DNA of 64,000 nt from Candidatus Thalassarchaeum betae. GTDB taxonomy: Archaea > Thermoplasmatota > Poseidoniia > Poseidoniales > Thalassarchaeaceae. A program made the position numbers and the translations under genes. The stretch is taken from assembly GCA_003193925.1 (NCBI GenBank), contig PSPG01000008.1, positions 64,001-128,000 of the forward strand, given 5' to 3'. Position 1 is the first letter of the stretch, and each line of letters begins with the position of its first letter. The notes beneath the pieces are model-generated. The model saw only the letters and a program-made list of their open reading frames with translations. It was not told the origin of the DNA and ran no database searches. Positions 30,026-39,834 of this stretch are shown piece after piece.

Positions 30026-30079
30026 GGCTGTCGAGTCGCAGTGCATCGTATTGTTTGATGACTATTCACGATATGGCAG

Positions 30080-30565
30080 CTAGATTCGCTCGACACTGAC
30101 GATTTGCTGTGGGTCATAGGGCCGGTCACCTGGCTTGATGTCGCAATTCTCGATTCGGTACACGTTCTCCATACCCTCGATGACCTCTCCGAAGACTGCG
30201 TGGTTGCCATCGAGCCACGGTGTGGGCACGGTGGTGAGGAAGAACTGCGAGCCGCCGGTGTTGCGGCCCGCGTTGGCCATCGAGAACAGCCCGGGACGGT
30301 CGTGTCGCTTGGCGAGGGCTGAGGGCTCGCACGGAATCTTCCACCCAGGCCCCCCAGTACCAGCGGCTCGGCTGTCCGGGTCCCTCGAGCGCGGGCAGCC
30401 TCCTTGGATCATGAAATCCTTGATGACGCGGTGGAAGTGCTGGCCATTGTAGAACCCGGCATCGACGAGCTTGAGGAAGTTCCCCGTGGTCTCCGGGCAG
30501 TCCTCGGTGTACAGTGCGATCAGTATCTCTCCGGCGCTGGTTGTCATCTTGACTACAGTAGGCAT
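30080..30565 (-). CDS. Cyclophilin-type peptidyl-prolyl isomerase
   Basis: 'FHRVIKDFMIQGG', 'SMANAGRNTGGSQFF', 'WLDGNHAVFG'. Confidence 0.96.
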   Translation of the reverse strand: MPTVVKMTTSAGEILIALYTEDCPETTGNFLKLVDAGFYNGQHFHRVIKDFMIQGGCPRSRDPDSRAAGTGGPGWKIPCEPSALAKRHDRPGLFSMANAGRNTGGSQFFLTTVPTPWLDGNHAVFGEVIEGMENVYRIENCDIKPGDRPYDPQQIVSVERI

Positions 30566-30644
30566 GGACTCGGGAACGCTCACAGGCACAAGAGCATATG
30601 TGTGTCGCCCTAACCCTAATGATGGTGTCCGGAACTGGCCCAAT

Positions 30645-31814
30645 GTGAGTACCCTTAGCGACTACGACTGCCCCAAGTGCTCGACGAAACTCAGGGTGGA
30701 GTCAGCCGAGGAAGTAGATGGCGTCGACTTGCTGGTCTGCATCAAGTGCTGGGGCCTCGCAGTACAGGCCAAGACGATGCAAGGAATCGTTCCTGACGAA
30801 GTACGGGAGAAAATCGAGAACGCGGGGTTCAAGCACCCAGAGGGGCGCAGCTGCCCGGTTTGCCCCTCTACGATGATGGAAATAGCAGTGCCCAAACCAT
30901 TCGGATCAGAGGACCGAGCGAGCGAGCACGATGTGAAGATAGACATCTGCGGGGACTGCGCCACCATCTGGTTCGATGCAGGCGAGCTCGACACCCTGAA
31001 CGGCATCAAGCCGAAGCTGCGTAAGGTGGAGATGGAGGATAGCGCTGACAAGATAACGGCGGTTGTCGACGACTCGAGTTCCTCAGTGAAGTCGAGGAGG
31101 GTCGCGGGGATTTTCCTAGCATCACTCGGGTTGATGTTGCTGGGTGCAGGTTCGGGTGCCTGCTGGTCCATCACATCACTTCTGGTGATCCTGGGAGGCG
31201 GGATCCTTGCCATTACCGTGGCCCCGGAGACCGGACTTGAGAAGGGGGCCTGCAGCCGCTGCGGCCTCGAGGACGAGACGATTGGTTGGACTTGCCAGAG
31301 GGCGGGGTGCGAGGCTCCCATCTGCACCACATGCAGGTCGGCGGGTCAAGATCCGGCCGCGCAATACGTGAAGACCCTAGGTGGCGGTGCGTTGATGGTG
31401 GCGGGAGTCGTGCTTGGTATCGGTCTCCTCGTCGTCACTGAAGGGGCTGTGGCTGAAGGATTCCTCCCGGCAGCAGCCGGTTACGAATTGATTTCAGACG
31501 ATGAGGAGGAAGGTCTGCTAGTCTGCAAGGAATGCAAAAAGGAGATGGGTGCCCTTCAGTTCGCCGATTCCGATGCTCGCACAGAAAGAAAGGAATGGAC
31601 TGAGAAGGAAAAGAAGACGGCGGCAGGGGGGCCTTGGGATGTTGTCGATTCTTTCGCCGAGGGGGTGAAGGATGCGGAGTCAAAGAGTGCTCAGCGCGAA
31701 GAGTACCTGAAATCGCAGACCCACTGCCTACACATTGACGGGAAGACTGTCAAAAGGTGCCGCAGGATGGTTTTTCGCAAGTCAGGCTACTGCTACAGAC
31801 ACCAACGGGAGTGA
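30645..31814 (+). CDS. Membrane protein with multiple zinc fingers (zf-TFIIB-like, C-terminal C3H)
   Basis: 'CPKC..CIKC', 'CPVC..IDICGDCATIWFDAGEL', 2-3 TM segments, 'C-x10-C-x9-CYRH'; start at GTG 30645 inferred. Confidence 0.75.
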   Translation: MSTLSDYDCPKCSTKLRVESAEEVDGVDLLVCIKCWGLAVQAKTMQGIVPDEVREKIENAGFKHPEGRSCPVCPSTMMEIAVPKPFGSEDRASEHDVKIDICGDCATIWFDAGELDTLNGIKPKLRKVEMEDSADKITAVVDDSSSSVKSRRVAGIFLASLGLMLLGAGSGACWSITSLLVILGGGILAITVAPETGLEKGACSRCGLEDETIGWTCQRAGCEAPICTTCRSAGQDPAAQYVKTLGGGALMVAGVVLGIGLLVVTEGAVAEGFLPAAAGYELISDDEEEGLLVCKECKKEMGALQFADSDARTERKEWTEKEKKTAAGGPWDVVDSFAEGVKDAESKSAQREEYLKSQTHCLHIDGKTVKRCRRMVFRKSGYCYRHQRE

Positions 31815-31818
31815 TTGA

Positions 31819-32700
31819 ATGGCAAAGTGCAAGGGCATAGATGAGAATGGAGAGGTTTGTGGGCGCCCCGCCATGTACAATTCCGATTACTGCAAGAATC
31901 ACAGGACTCAGGACCCAACTGTGAGTATCTGCATGGGCAAGAACCCCGCTGGCAAACCCTGCTCTAGGATGGCGTTGGAGGGCCTTCTATTCTGCAGGCA
32001 GCACAGGACCCAGATAGCTGATATCGAAAAGCTCCAATGCCCCCGGGGATGCGGTCTGCTCAGTTACAGATGGGTAGACAACAAAGGCGGGTACTATGTT
32101 TGCAAAGAATGCAGGGGTGCAGTGCTAGATTCAAAGGCGATGGAGACTAGGCTTTCGAAGCACGTTGAGGGTCTAAACGAGCTTCTTGAGAGTGGTGAGG
32201 AGTGCTCTCTGAAGTGCCCTAATTGCGAGGGTGTGATGCTAGAGTTCAGGGTTGCCTACGTAATCGAAAGAGGTGGTGGTGGAGGCATGCACTTAGGCGG
32301 TGGCGGTGGTGGTGGTGCAATAATTGCCGGTATCGTTGTACTCGCCATAGTTGCAGCAGCTGCTGAAGCCTCAAAGAGGAAGTCCAAAGGTGAATATGAG
32401 CAGAATATAGGAGAAACCATGGTAGTCGATGGGTGTCGAGAGTGTGGGACATTCTGGTTCGATGGTGACGAATTGGGCATTGCACGAAACTCGTTAATCG
32501 AGGGCGCGAGTGCAGCGCATGTAGCCCGGATACAAGCAAATATTGCCGAGAAGAAGGCGTCCAAAGAGAGAATTCGATCGGCGGCTGGAACGGAGAATTG
32601 CATGCATGTTGAGAAGCGTGGGATGCCCCCGGCTTTGAAGAAGTGTAGAAGGGTCACTTATCGCGGCACTGAATACTGCTACATGCACCAGCCGGAGTGA
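31819..32700 (+). CDS. Zinc-finger membrane protein (three C3H fingers plus zf-TFIIB-like)
   Basis: 'CKGIDENGEVC...YCKNH', 'CMGKNPAGKPC...FCRQH', 'CPNC...VDGCRECGTFWFDGDEL', Gly-rich/hydrophobic insert. Confidence 0.78.
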   Translation: MAKCKGIDENGEVCGRPAMYNSDYCKNHRTQDPTVSICMGKNPAGKPCSRMALEGLLFCRQHRTQIADIEKLQCPRGCGLLSYRWVDNKGGYYVCKECRGAVLDSKAMETRLSKHVEGLNELLESGEECSLKCPNCEGVMLEFRVAYVIERGGGGGMHLGGGGGGGAIIAGIVVLAIVAAAAEASKRKSKGEYEQNIGETMVVDGCRECGTFWFDGDELGIARNSLIEGASAAHVARIQANIAEKKASKERIRSAAGTENCMHVEKRGMPPALKKCRRVTYRGTEYCYMHQPE

Positions 32701-33099
32701 TCAGGCGACCATGGAGCCGGGCAGTACGCCTTCGGGCAGCTCGAGCAGGCGCACCGTGCCGTCGGGGTCGATCGCACCGAGCACGAGGAACTGCGAGACG
32801 AAGCCGCTTGGCAGGGTCTTGTCGCCGAGGTTGAGCGCGCCCACCACAGTGCGGCCCATCAGCTGGGCGCGCGAGTAGTTGGTTATCTGGGCCGAGCTCC
32901 ACAATTTCCCCATCACCGGCCCGAAGTCGACGTGGAACTTGTACGACGGCTTGCGCATCTCGGGGAACTCCTCGACCTCGATGACCACTCCCGCACGCAG
33001 GTCCAGCTCGAAGTACGCTGCCGCGCCCACGTACTCCTTCCTGTCGATCTTCTCGGGGTGGTAGGGCTCGCCAGTGGGGTCGATCTCGTGCTGGCTCAC
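32701..33099 (-). CDS. csaA: CsaA/Trbp111 tRNA-binding OB-fold protein
   Basis: 'LDLRAG...EFPEMRKPSYK..VDFG...SSAQIT'. Confidence 0.9.
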   Translation of the reverse strand: MSQHEIDPTGEPYHPEKIDRKEYVGAAAYFELDLRAGVVIEVEEFPEMRKPSYKFHVDFGPVMGKLWSSAQITNYSRAQLMGRTVVGALNLGDKTLPSGFVSQFLVLGAIDPDGTVRLLELPEGVLPGSMVA

Positions 33100-33687
33100 T
33101 CACTCACCCGCCACGTCCGACCTCAGCAGCAGCGGCCTGAGCTCGATGCCGGCCTCGGCGAAGGCCTGCGCCCCGCCCTCCTCGCGGTCGAGTATGGTGA
33201 TGCAGGCCGCGACCTCGCAACCCATCTCGGTGAGTCTGGCAGCAGCCTGCAGCGCCGAGTTGCCGGTAGTGGTGACGTCCTCGAGCAGCACCACCCTGTC
33301 GCCGGCAGCGAGGCTCGAGCCCTCGATTCCCGGCGGGTTGCCGGTCTTGCGCCCGCCGCGCCCCTTGGGCTCCTTTCGTACTAGGAATCCTCGCAGGCTC
33401 GAGCCTATGCGAGCCTTGGCGATGGCGATGCCTGTGAGTGGCACCGCGCCGAGTTCGAGGCCACCGACCGCATCCACGCCACCGATATCGTCGATCTCGG
33501 CGTGGATGAGCACGCCCAGCAGGTGGGCAGAGTCGGGGTCCATCATGACCGGCTTCATGTCGAAGAAGTGGGCGCTCTGACGGCCGCTGGCGAGAGTGAA
33601 CGGCTCATCGGGGGAATGCAGATAGGCCAAGTCACGGACCTTGCCGACGAGCCTCGACCTCGCTTCATCCGCAGTGGTTGACGCCAT
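33100..33687 (-). CDS. pyrE: Orotate phosphoribosyltransferase
   Basis: 'FTLASGRQS..FFD', 'VRKEPK', 'LLEDVTTTGNS'. Confidence 0.95.
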   Translation of the reverse strand: MASTTADEARSRLVGKVRDLAYLHSPDEPFTLASGRQSAHFFDMKPVMMDPDSAHLLGVLIHAEIDDIGGVDAVGGLELGAVPLTGIAIAKARIGSSLRGFLVRKEPKGRGGRKTGNPPGIEGSSLAAGDRVVLLEDVTTTGNSALQAAARLTEMGCEVAACITILDREEGGAQAFAEAGIELRPLLLRSDVAGE

Positions 33688-33824
33688 CTTCCTCCTTCAC
33701 TTCGGCTCAGTGGGGGTCGGATGAAGGTTCGCACTGCGAACAGCCCGATTGGCAGTCATTACGGTGAATGTTCTTGGACGGCCTCTTTCAGTGTCAGGAT
33801 GCTCGACAGCGGAGCGTGTGCGAG

Positions 33825-36800
33825 ATGGGCGGAGATAAGCGGCAGATGGCGGTATACGACGAGGCTCGCCTTAGCGCTGAGCGCGAGGCTTACCAGAGCT
33901 GGTTGGACCGGCGCGCCGAAGAGGTCTACCGGATTGCTGCGGCGGCTAAGGCCAAGGGCCTTGACTTCTCGGACGAGATCGAGATTCCTCGCGCCGCTGA
34001 CCTAGCCAGTCGCACTCAGAAGCTGCTCGAGGCAGATTACCTGCATGGACTGAACATAGAGGACGACCTGCGCAACCTGCTCAATACCTCCGAGCGCGAG
34101 GACGCGGCGATCGAGATCGCCCTCGATGTCGCAAGGAGGATGCACGCGAAGACCAGCGATATCGAGAAGGCCATCGACTCGGGTCTGAGGGTCGGCCTCG
34201 CGGTGCTGACCGAGGCGGTGCTGGTAGCACCGCTCGAAGGCATCGGCGGAGTCCGAATCATGAACAACGCCGACGGCTCGGAGTTCCTCTCGATCGACTA
34301 CGCCGGACCGATCCGAGCGGCCGGCGGGACCGCCCAGGCGCTCGGCGTGCTGATCGGCGACATGATCCGCACGGAGCTAGGCATCGGCAGGTACGTTCCC
34401 ACGACTCCAGAGGTAGAGCGAGTCAAGGAGGAGTTCGGCCTCTACAGGGTCAGTCTGCAGTACAAGCCACCTCCCGAGGAGATCGAAGTCATCGTGAGGG
34501 CCTGCCCCGTGATGATCAACGGCGAGGAGACCGAGCGCCTGGAGTGCGCGGGCTACAAGGAGGTCCGCAACATCATCAACTCGAACGGCTCGCCGCGAAC
34601 CAGGATACGCGGCGGCGTCTTGCTGGTAATCGGCGAGGGGCTGTGCCTCAAGGCACCGAAGATCCTCAGGCACACCGAGAGGCTCGATGTACCCGGCTGG
34701 GACTTCGTAGCCCAGTTCGTCGGCAAGGGCAAGGGCAACGACGAAGGCGAAGATGGGCTCAAGAAGAGGGAGATTTCCAAGGTCACCCGCTACATGGAGG
34801 ACATCATCGCCGGCAGGCCCGTCTTCGGCGAGCCGGGAGAGCCGGGCGGGTTCAGACTGAGGTACGGCAGGAGCCGCGCCTCTGGGCTGGCCGCAGCAGG
34901 AGTGAACCCGGTCTCGATGGAAGCCCTAGGGGGATTCCTGTCGGTTGGCACTCAGATGAAGGTCGAGAGACCGGGCAAGGCCTGCGCGGTGACGCCCTGC
35001 ATCGACATCGACGGGCCAACTGTGCTGCTTGAGGACGGGACCTTCCAGAGGATCTTCACCATCGAGGAGTGGCGCGAGTGCTCGCACAGGGTGCTCAGCA
35101 TCTGGGACTCGGGTGAGATCCTCTCCGGCTTCGGCGAGTTCCTCGAGAATAACAAGGACCTCGTTCCATCGGCCTACAACCGTGACTGGTGGGCGGCCGA
35201 CCTAGCCGACGCGCTGGACCACCCTGAGAAGGTCGACAGATTCGCCGAGCTGCTCGGAGCCAGCCGGGAGAGCCTGCCCCCCGGCATCCCGTTCAACGGT
35301 GCCATAGAGAGAGGCGGGGAGAGCGCGCTCGAGCGCAACTGGCGGCGGCGTGACTGGTACCTGTGCCTGCGCGACATGGAGCTGGACTGGGAGCAGGCGC
35401 GTGCGCTGGCTCAGGAGTTCGGGACCGCCGTCCCGACGCCGTGGAACCTGTGGTGGTCCGACATGCCGATATCATTCGCGCCCGCTGTCATCGAGGCACT
35501 GGTAGCCTCTACTGTCGAAGAGGGGAGGGTCCGTCTGCACGGAGCCGCCCGGGATTGGGCTCCTGAGACCCACATCGAGGACATCGGCCTGCCGGCACCT
35601 TCGACGGGAGTGTGGCCGCGCTGGACCGAGGTCCACAGCCATGGCATCCTCAAGTCAGCCCTGATGACTCTGGGCGTCGAGCACCACCACGAAGGCGAGG
35701 ACATGGTGATCCCCACCCACTGGGAGGGCTTGGTAGAGGGACTCGGTCTGGAGTTCCATGACAACGCAATCCGCGTCGCCACCGAGGCTGGCCCGCACAT
35801 CGAGGACAGAGTGAGTAGGATTCGAGCGGCCACCGACGTAATCGCTCAGGAGAAGGCTCGTCAGGAGGAGTTGGAGGGGCGCCGCGCTGTGGTCAGGATG
35901 AAGACCGAGACCGCCGCCAGGCAGGAAGGACTCGGCATCCAGGAGACCGAAGCGGCTGGGAGAGAGGCCGTGGAGGAGATCGAGGACCCTGGTCCGGACG
36001 ACCCCGCAGCCCTGCGGGCTGCACTCACACTGATAGACGAACACAGCGTCGAGCGCTCGCTGTGGCTGGCAAGACGGCTGTCCGACCTGCGTTGGGAGGA
36101 CTCCGCGCCGTGCAGAGTCGGGTCCCGGATGGGCAGGCCCGAGAAGGCCGGTGCCCGTCAGATGAAGCCGTTGGTGCACGCTCTGTACCCCATCGGGGAG
36201 AACGGTGGGCCCCAGCGTCTGCTGGGACAGGCCGCCAGCAAGGGGATAATCCGCGTCGATATGGGGCCAAGAATCTGCGACAAGTGCGGAAGGGACTCGC
36301 CGCACCTCAGGTGCCACAACCGTCTGACTGCAGGTGAGGCCGTAGAGTGCGGAGGCAGGACGCGAGTGAAGAAGCGTCGCGGTGGCCACATGAGGCGCAG
36401 ATTGGGCCTGCGTACGAGCGTCCCGCTCGCTGAGATTATCGAAGTCAAGAGGCGCGCGCTCGGGCTGGACAGGATACCCGTCAGGATCAAGGCTGTCAAA
36501 GGACTGATCTCCATCGGACAGACGCCCGAACCGATAGAGAAGGGGATCCTGCGCGCCAAGCACGGTATCTCGGTGTTCCGCGACGGGACCTCGCGCTACG
36601 ACATGAGCGATGTCCCGATGACTCACTTCAGACCGAGCGAGATAGGGACCCCCTGGAAGACGCTGCTCGATCTGGGCTACAAGCACGACATCTTCGGAGA
36701 GGAGCTATCCTCAGACGAGCAACTGCTGGAGCTGCTACCCCAGGACTTCGTCCCATCGATCGCTGCGAAAGGGCAACTGCTCGCCGTCTGTGGCTTCGTC

Positions 36801-37799
36801 GACGACCTGCTGGTTCGTTTCTATGGGATGCAGGCATTCTACGAGGTCGGCGACGAGAGGGATCTAATCGGCCACCTCGCGATTGGTCTCTCGCCCCACA
36901 CATCTGGAGGGGTGCTCTGCAGAATCATCGGGTGGACCACTGCCTCCGCTGGCTACGCCCACCCTCTGTTCCACGCCGCCAAGCGCCGCAACTGCGACGG
37001 CGACGAGGACGGTCTGATGATGCTGCTCGACGGTCTGCTCAACTTCTCCAAGTCAATCCTGCCCGCGGGGCGCGGCGGCCAGATGGACGCCCCGCTGGTT
37101 CTCAGCACACGAATCAATCCGAAGGAGATCGACAAGGAGGCGCTCAACGTCGACTGCTCATGGGCCTACACGCGCGCCTTCTATGAGGCGACCAAGTCAC
37201 AGCCGCACCCCAGCGAGGTCGAGCCCTTGGTCGACCTAGTCGCCGACCGAGTCGGCTCGGTCGGCGAGATACGTGGTTACGGCTGGACGCACGACTCGGG
37301 CCGGCTGGACGCCGGCCCGGTGAACTCGGCCTACAAAACGCTCGAGACAATGGAGGACAAGATGCTGGCGCAGTTGGCGCTAGGCCAGCAACTCAGAGCG
37401 GTCAGCGTGCAGCGCGTGGCCTCACAGGTCATCGAATCGCACTTCCTCCCCGACCTGCGCGGTAACCTGATGGCTTTCACGAGACAGAAGGTGCGCTGCG
37501 TGAAGTGCGCCCACTCCTATCGGAGGATCCCACTGGCGGGCAAGTGCATACAGAACCTCGCGACATCCGGGGGGCTGTCCGGGGCGAGGGGTGACGAGAG
37601 TACTCTGTGCGGGGGCAATGTCGTTCTGACGGTCTCCGAAGGAGCCGTTCGCAAATACATCAAAATCACCCGCGAGGTCATCGAGAAATACGGCGTCGAC
37701 ACCTACACCAAGCAACGTGTGGAGTGGATGACCGACAGCGCCGACTCGCTGTTCAACGACGACACGGTCACCGTGATGACCCTGAACGACTTCGTCTAG
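33825..37799 (+). CDS. polC: DNA polymerase D large subunit DP2, no intein
   Basis: 'VLVAPLEGI', 'YAGPIRAAGGTAQA', 'RMGRPEKA', 'HAAKRRNCDGDED', 'GGQMDAPL', C-terminal Zn finger and 'TLNDF'; start uncertain (33768-33846). Confidence 0.97.
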   Translation: MGGDKRQMAVYDEARLSAEREAYQSWLDRRAEEVYRIAAAAKAKGLDFSDEIEIPRAADLASRTQKLLEADYLHGLNIEDDLRNLLNTSEREDAAIEIALDVARRMHAKTSDIEKAIDSGLRVGLAVLTEAVLVAPLEGIGGVRIMNNADGSEFLSIDYAGPIRAAGGTAQALGVLIGDMIRTELGIGRYVPTTPEVERVKEEFGLYRVSLQYKPPPEEIEVIVRACPVMINGEETERLECAGYKEVRNIINSNGSPRTRIRGGVLLVIGEGLCLKAPKILRHTERLDVPGWDFVAQFVGKGKGNDEGEDGLKKREISKVTRYMEDIIAGRPVFGEPGEPGGFRLRYGRSRASGLAAAGVNPVSMEALGGFLSVGTQMKVERPGKACAVTPCIDIDGPTVLLEDGTFQRIFTIEEWRECSHRVLSIWDSGEILSGFGEFLENNKDLVPSAYNRDWWAADLADALDHPEKVDRFAELLGASRESLPPGIPFNGAIERGGESALERNWRRRDWYLCLRDMELDWEQARALAQEFGTAVPTPWNLWWSDMPISFAPAVIEALVASTVEEGRVRLHGAARDWAPETHIEDIGLPAPSTGVWPRWTEVHSHGILKSALMTLGVEHHHEGEDMVIPTHWEGLVEGLGLEFHDNAIRVATEAGPHIEDRVSRIRAATDVIAQEKARQEELEGRRAVVRMKTETAARQEGLGIQETEAAGREAVEEIEDPGPDDPAALRAALTLIDEHSVERSLWLARRLSDLRWEDSAPCRVGSRMGRPEKAGARQMKPLVHALYPIGENGGPQRLLGQAASKGIIRVDMGPRICDKCGRDSPHLRCHNRLTAGEAVECGGRTRVKKRRGGHMRRRLGLRTSVPLAEIIEVKRRALGLDRIPVRIKAVKGLISIGQTPEPIEKGILRAKHGISVFRDGTSRYDMSDVPMTHFRPSEIGTPWKTLLDLGYKHDIFGEELSSDEQLLELLPQDFVPSIAAKGQLLAVCGFVDDLLVRFYGMQAFYEVGDERDLIGHLAIGLSPHTSGGVLCRIIGWTTASAGYAHPLFHAAKRRNCDGDEDGLMMLLDGLLNFSKSILPAGRGGQMDAPLVLSTRINPKEIDKEALNVDCSWAYTRAFYEATKSQPHPSEVEPLVDLVADRVGSVGEIRGYGWTHDSGRLDAGPVNSAYKTLETMEDKMLAQLALGQQLRAVSVQRVASQVIESHFLPDLRGNLMAFTRQKVRCVKCAHSYRRIPLAGKCIQNLATSGGLSGARGDESTLCGGNVVLTVSEGAVRKYIKITREVIEKYGVDTYTKQRVEWMTDSADSLFNDDTVTVMTLNDFV

Positions 37800-38554
37800 T
37801 ATTCCAGATCCAAGGTCCCTAGGACCTTGTCCATCCACTGCAGCTTAGCCAACTTGTTCTCCGCGTCAGTGGCGCCCGACCACCGCCCGACCGCGTCAGA
37901 CCTCGTCCCAAGCATGGTAATCGACGCCGCAGGGACCCCCAGCGAGCGGACGAAACAAGCTGCACGGTCGCCGTCGGTGAAACCCCCTGGATTGTGCATG
38001 CCGGGAATCTCGCCCGGGGTCTGATGAGTCAGCACCAGTGGCGAGGGGGTTGAAGTCGAGGCTGCGAGTTCCAGCAGCGAGCCCCACTCGGGCACATTGT
38101 CGCCGTGAGCGTGCAGAATCACCGGTATTCCGCGCTTGACCGCGGCCGTGGTGCCGTCGCCGCCATCGCCGTCGCTGACGATGCAGGCCAAGCGTGACCA
38201 AGCGCGCTCTGCCGTCGAGTCGGGTAGCGTGGAGAGGACTCCCGCCGCGCCGTCGGCTGCGACCAGCAGCGCTGGGCGCTCAAGGACGCTAAGCAGGTCC
38301 TCGGCCTCCACCGCCGCTCCGAGAATCGCGACCTCGGCCTCCCTGAGGACGAGTCTGCGCCGCAGATTGGCCACAGAGGCCGCGCGCCGTGGCCGCGACC
38401 ATGCCTCGACGAACGACTCCTCGACCGTCGCGAGCAGGGCCTCGGCGCTGCTCGCATCGGCGTCCAGCGCCCAACCGAAGTGGACGCGGACATCTGATTG
38501 GATGGCCACTAACGCGGCATCGACCGGAAGCAGGTCGGTCGGCCTGTCTATCAT
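37796..38554 (-). CDS. 6-hydroxymethyl-7,8-dihydropterin pyrophosphokinase MptE-like (DUF115)
   Basis: 'AADGA', 'IVSDGDG', 'HAHGDN', 'NPGGFTDGDRA', 'KLAKL'. Confidence 0.85.
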   Translation of the reverse strand: MIDRPTDLLPVDAALVAIQSDVRVHFGWALDADASSAEALLATVEESFVEAWSRPRRAASVANLRRRLVLREAEVAILGAAVEAEDLLSVLERPALLVAADGAAGVLSTLPDSTAERAWSRLACIVSDGDGGDGTTAAVKRGIPVILHAHGDNVPEWGSLLELAASTSTPSPLVLTHQTPGEIPGMHNPGGFTDGDRAACFVRSLGVPAASITMLGTRSDAVGRWSGATDAENKLAKLQWMDKVLGTLDLEY

Positions 38555-38618
38555 GCGCTCGCTCCAGTGGAAGGACTCGGTGAGTGTTGAAGAACCCTCG
38601 CGGTCCACTGTGCTACCC

Positions 38619-39791
38619 ATGCCGATGCCTCTAGCGCTGCCGGACATCGAGGACGAGGTCCTGCTGGCTCGCTACCCCTTCCTGCCTCAAGGCCGCGAAC
38701 ACATGCGCCAAGTTCTGGAGAGCAACGGAATCACCGTCGAGGACCTCATCGAGGCGCCTTGGCTGGAGGACGTCCGAACCCGAGGCAGGCTGCGTCTGCT
38801 CGAGAGCGTGATGCACAAGGACGGCGCCGACATAGCGACCACCGTCGACCTCTCGACCGAAGTCGGCCGGATGACCGAGGTCCTGTCGTTCCTGCACGCC
38901 ATGCTCGTGGTGTGCGCCTCGTTCAACGAGAGGCTGCTGGCGCGCTGGATCGAGGGCGAGGCGACACGGGCTGACCAGCTGTTCGGCATGGACTCGGGCA
39001 ACTTCGAGCTTCTTGCGCGCTCGTACTTCTCCGACATTAGGGAGCAGAGGAACGGCAGAGGGGACGATTCCGTGTTCTGGATACCGATGGCGGACTTCAT
39101 CGAGCTGTGCCCTCGGATCTCCGGCACTTACTGGCACTTGGCGAACAGGCCGGTGAGGGGAGGCTGGGTGTGTATGAGCCCAGGCGCAGGGGAGAACAGC
39201 AGACAGCGTACTGCGAGGCTGCTGAAGGAGAGGATCCGCGAGAACCTCAGCGAATCCTGCGTCGAGCGCATGGACAAGATGAGCGAGGAGTTCGCCGCCC
39301 TGTTCGCAGATCCCGTCGAGCGCATCACCGGCCTGCTGTCTGAGCGCGTCGAAGCCGAGATGCCGATGACTGCCGCGGTGCGCGAGGACTGGCCGCCGTG
39401 CTTCGAGTCCGCCATCTCCGAGCTGAATCAGGGAGTCAATGTGAATCACGTCGGACGGGTCTTCCTCGCGGCCTTCTCGAGGGCCATCGGCATGTCTCAG
39501 GAGCAAGCCTGCTCGTTCTTCGACAACGCTCCCGACTACAGCGCGGACACGACCTCCTACCAAGTGAACCAGATCTACGAGCGGGGCTACACTCCGCACG
39601 GCTGCGCCGCGCTGAAGACGGGAGCGAGGTGTCCCGTCCAGCCCGGTGACGACAGGCTGTGCGACCAAGAGTGGATGACGCATCCACTGAAGTACCTCAG
39701 GGTGAAGCAGCGCAGCCGGTATCGGGAGGGCTCGCGACCCGAGGAGGAGCCTGAAGTCGAGTCGGACGAGCCCAAGGCGGCCAATTCTTGA
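38619..39791 (+). CDS. priL: DNA primase large subunit
   Basis: 'ARYPFL', 'WPPC', 'NVNHVGR', 'APDY...T.YQV', Fe-S Cys region, 'HPLKY'. Confidence 0.92.
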   Translation: MPMPLALPDIEDEVLLARYPFLPQGREHMRQVLESNGITVEDLIEAPWLEDVRTRGRLRLLESVMHKDGADIATTVDLSTEVGRMTEVLSFLHAMLVVCASFNERLLARWIEGEATRADQLFGMDSGNFELLARSYFSDIREQRNGRGDDSVFWIPMADFIELCPRISGTYWHLANRPVRGGWVCMSPGAGENSRQRTARLLKERIRENLSESCVERMDKMSEEFAALFADPVERITGLLSERVEAEMPMTAAVREDWPPCFESAISELNQGVNVNHVGRVFLAAFSRAIGMSQEQACSFFDNAPDYSADTTSYQVNQIYERGYTPHGCAALKTGARCPVQPGDDRLCDQEWMTHPLKYLRVKQRSRYREGSRPEEEPEVESDEPKAANS

Positions 39792-39834
39792 TATGGGCCT
39801 GCATCCTATCGCGGTTCACATCGGATGAATAGGC

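Noticed and set aside
36980-37010. Intein in PolD DP2
   Set aside because: The usual insertion site 'KRRN/CDGDED' is uninterrupted
38136-38618. Long N-terminal extensions in the ORF track (PriL, also MptE, TsaC, GcvH, RNase H, the propeller protein)
   Set aside because: They overlap neighbouring real genes; homology begins at downstream ATGs
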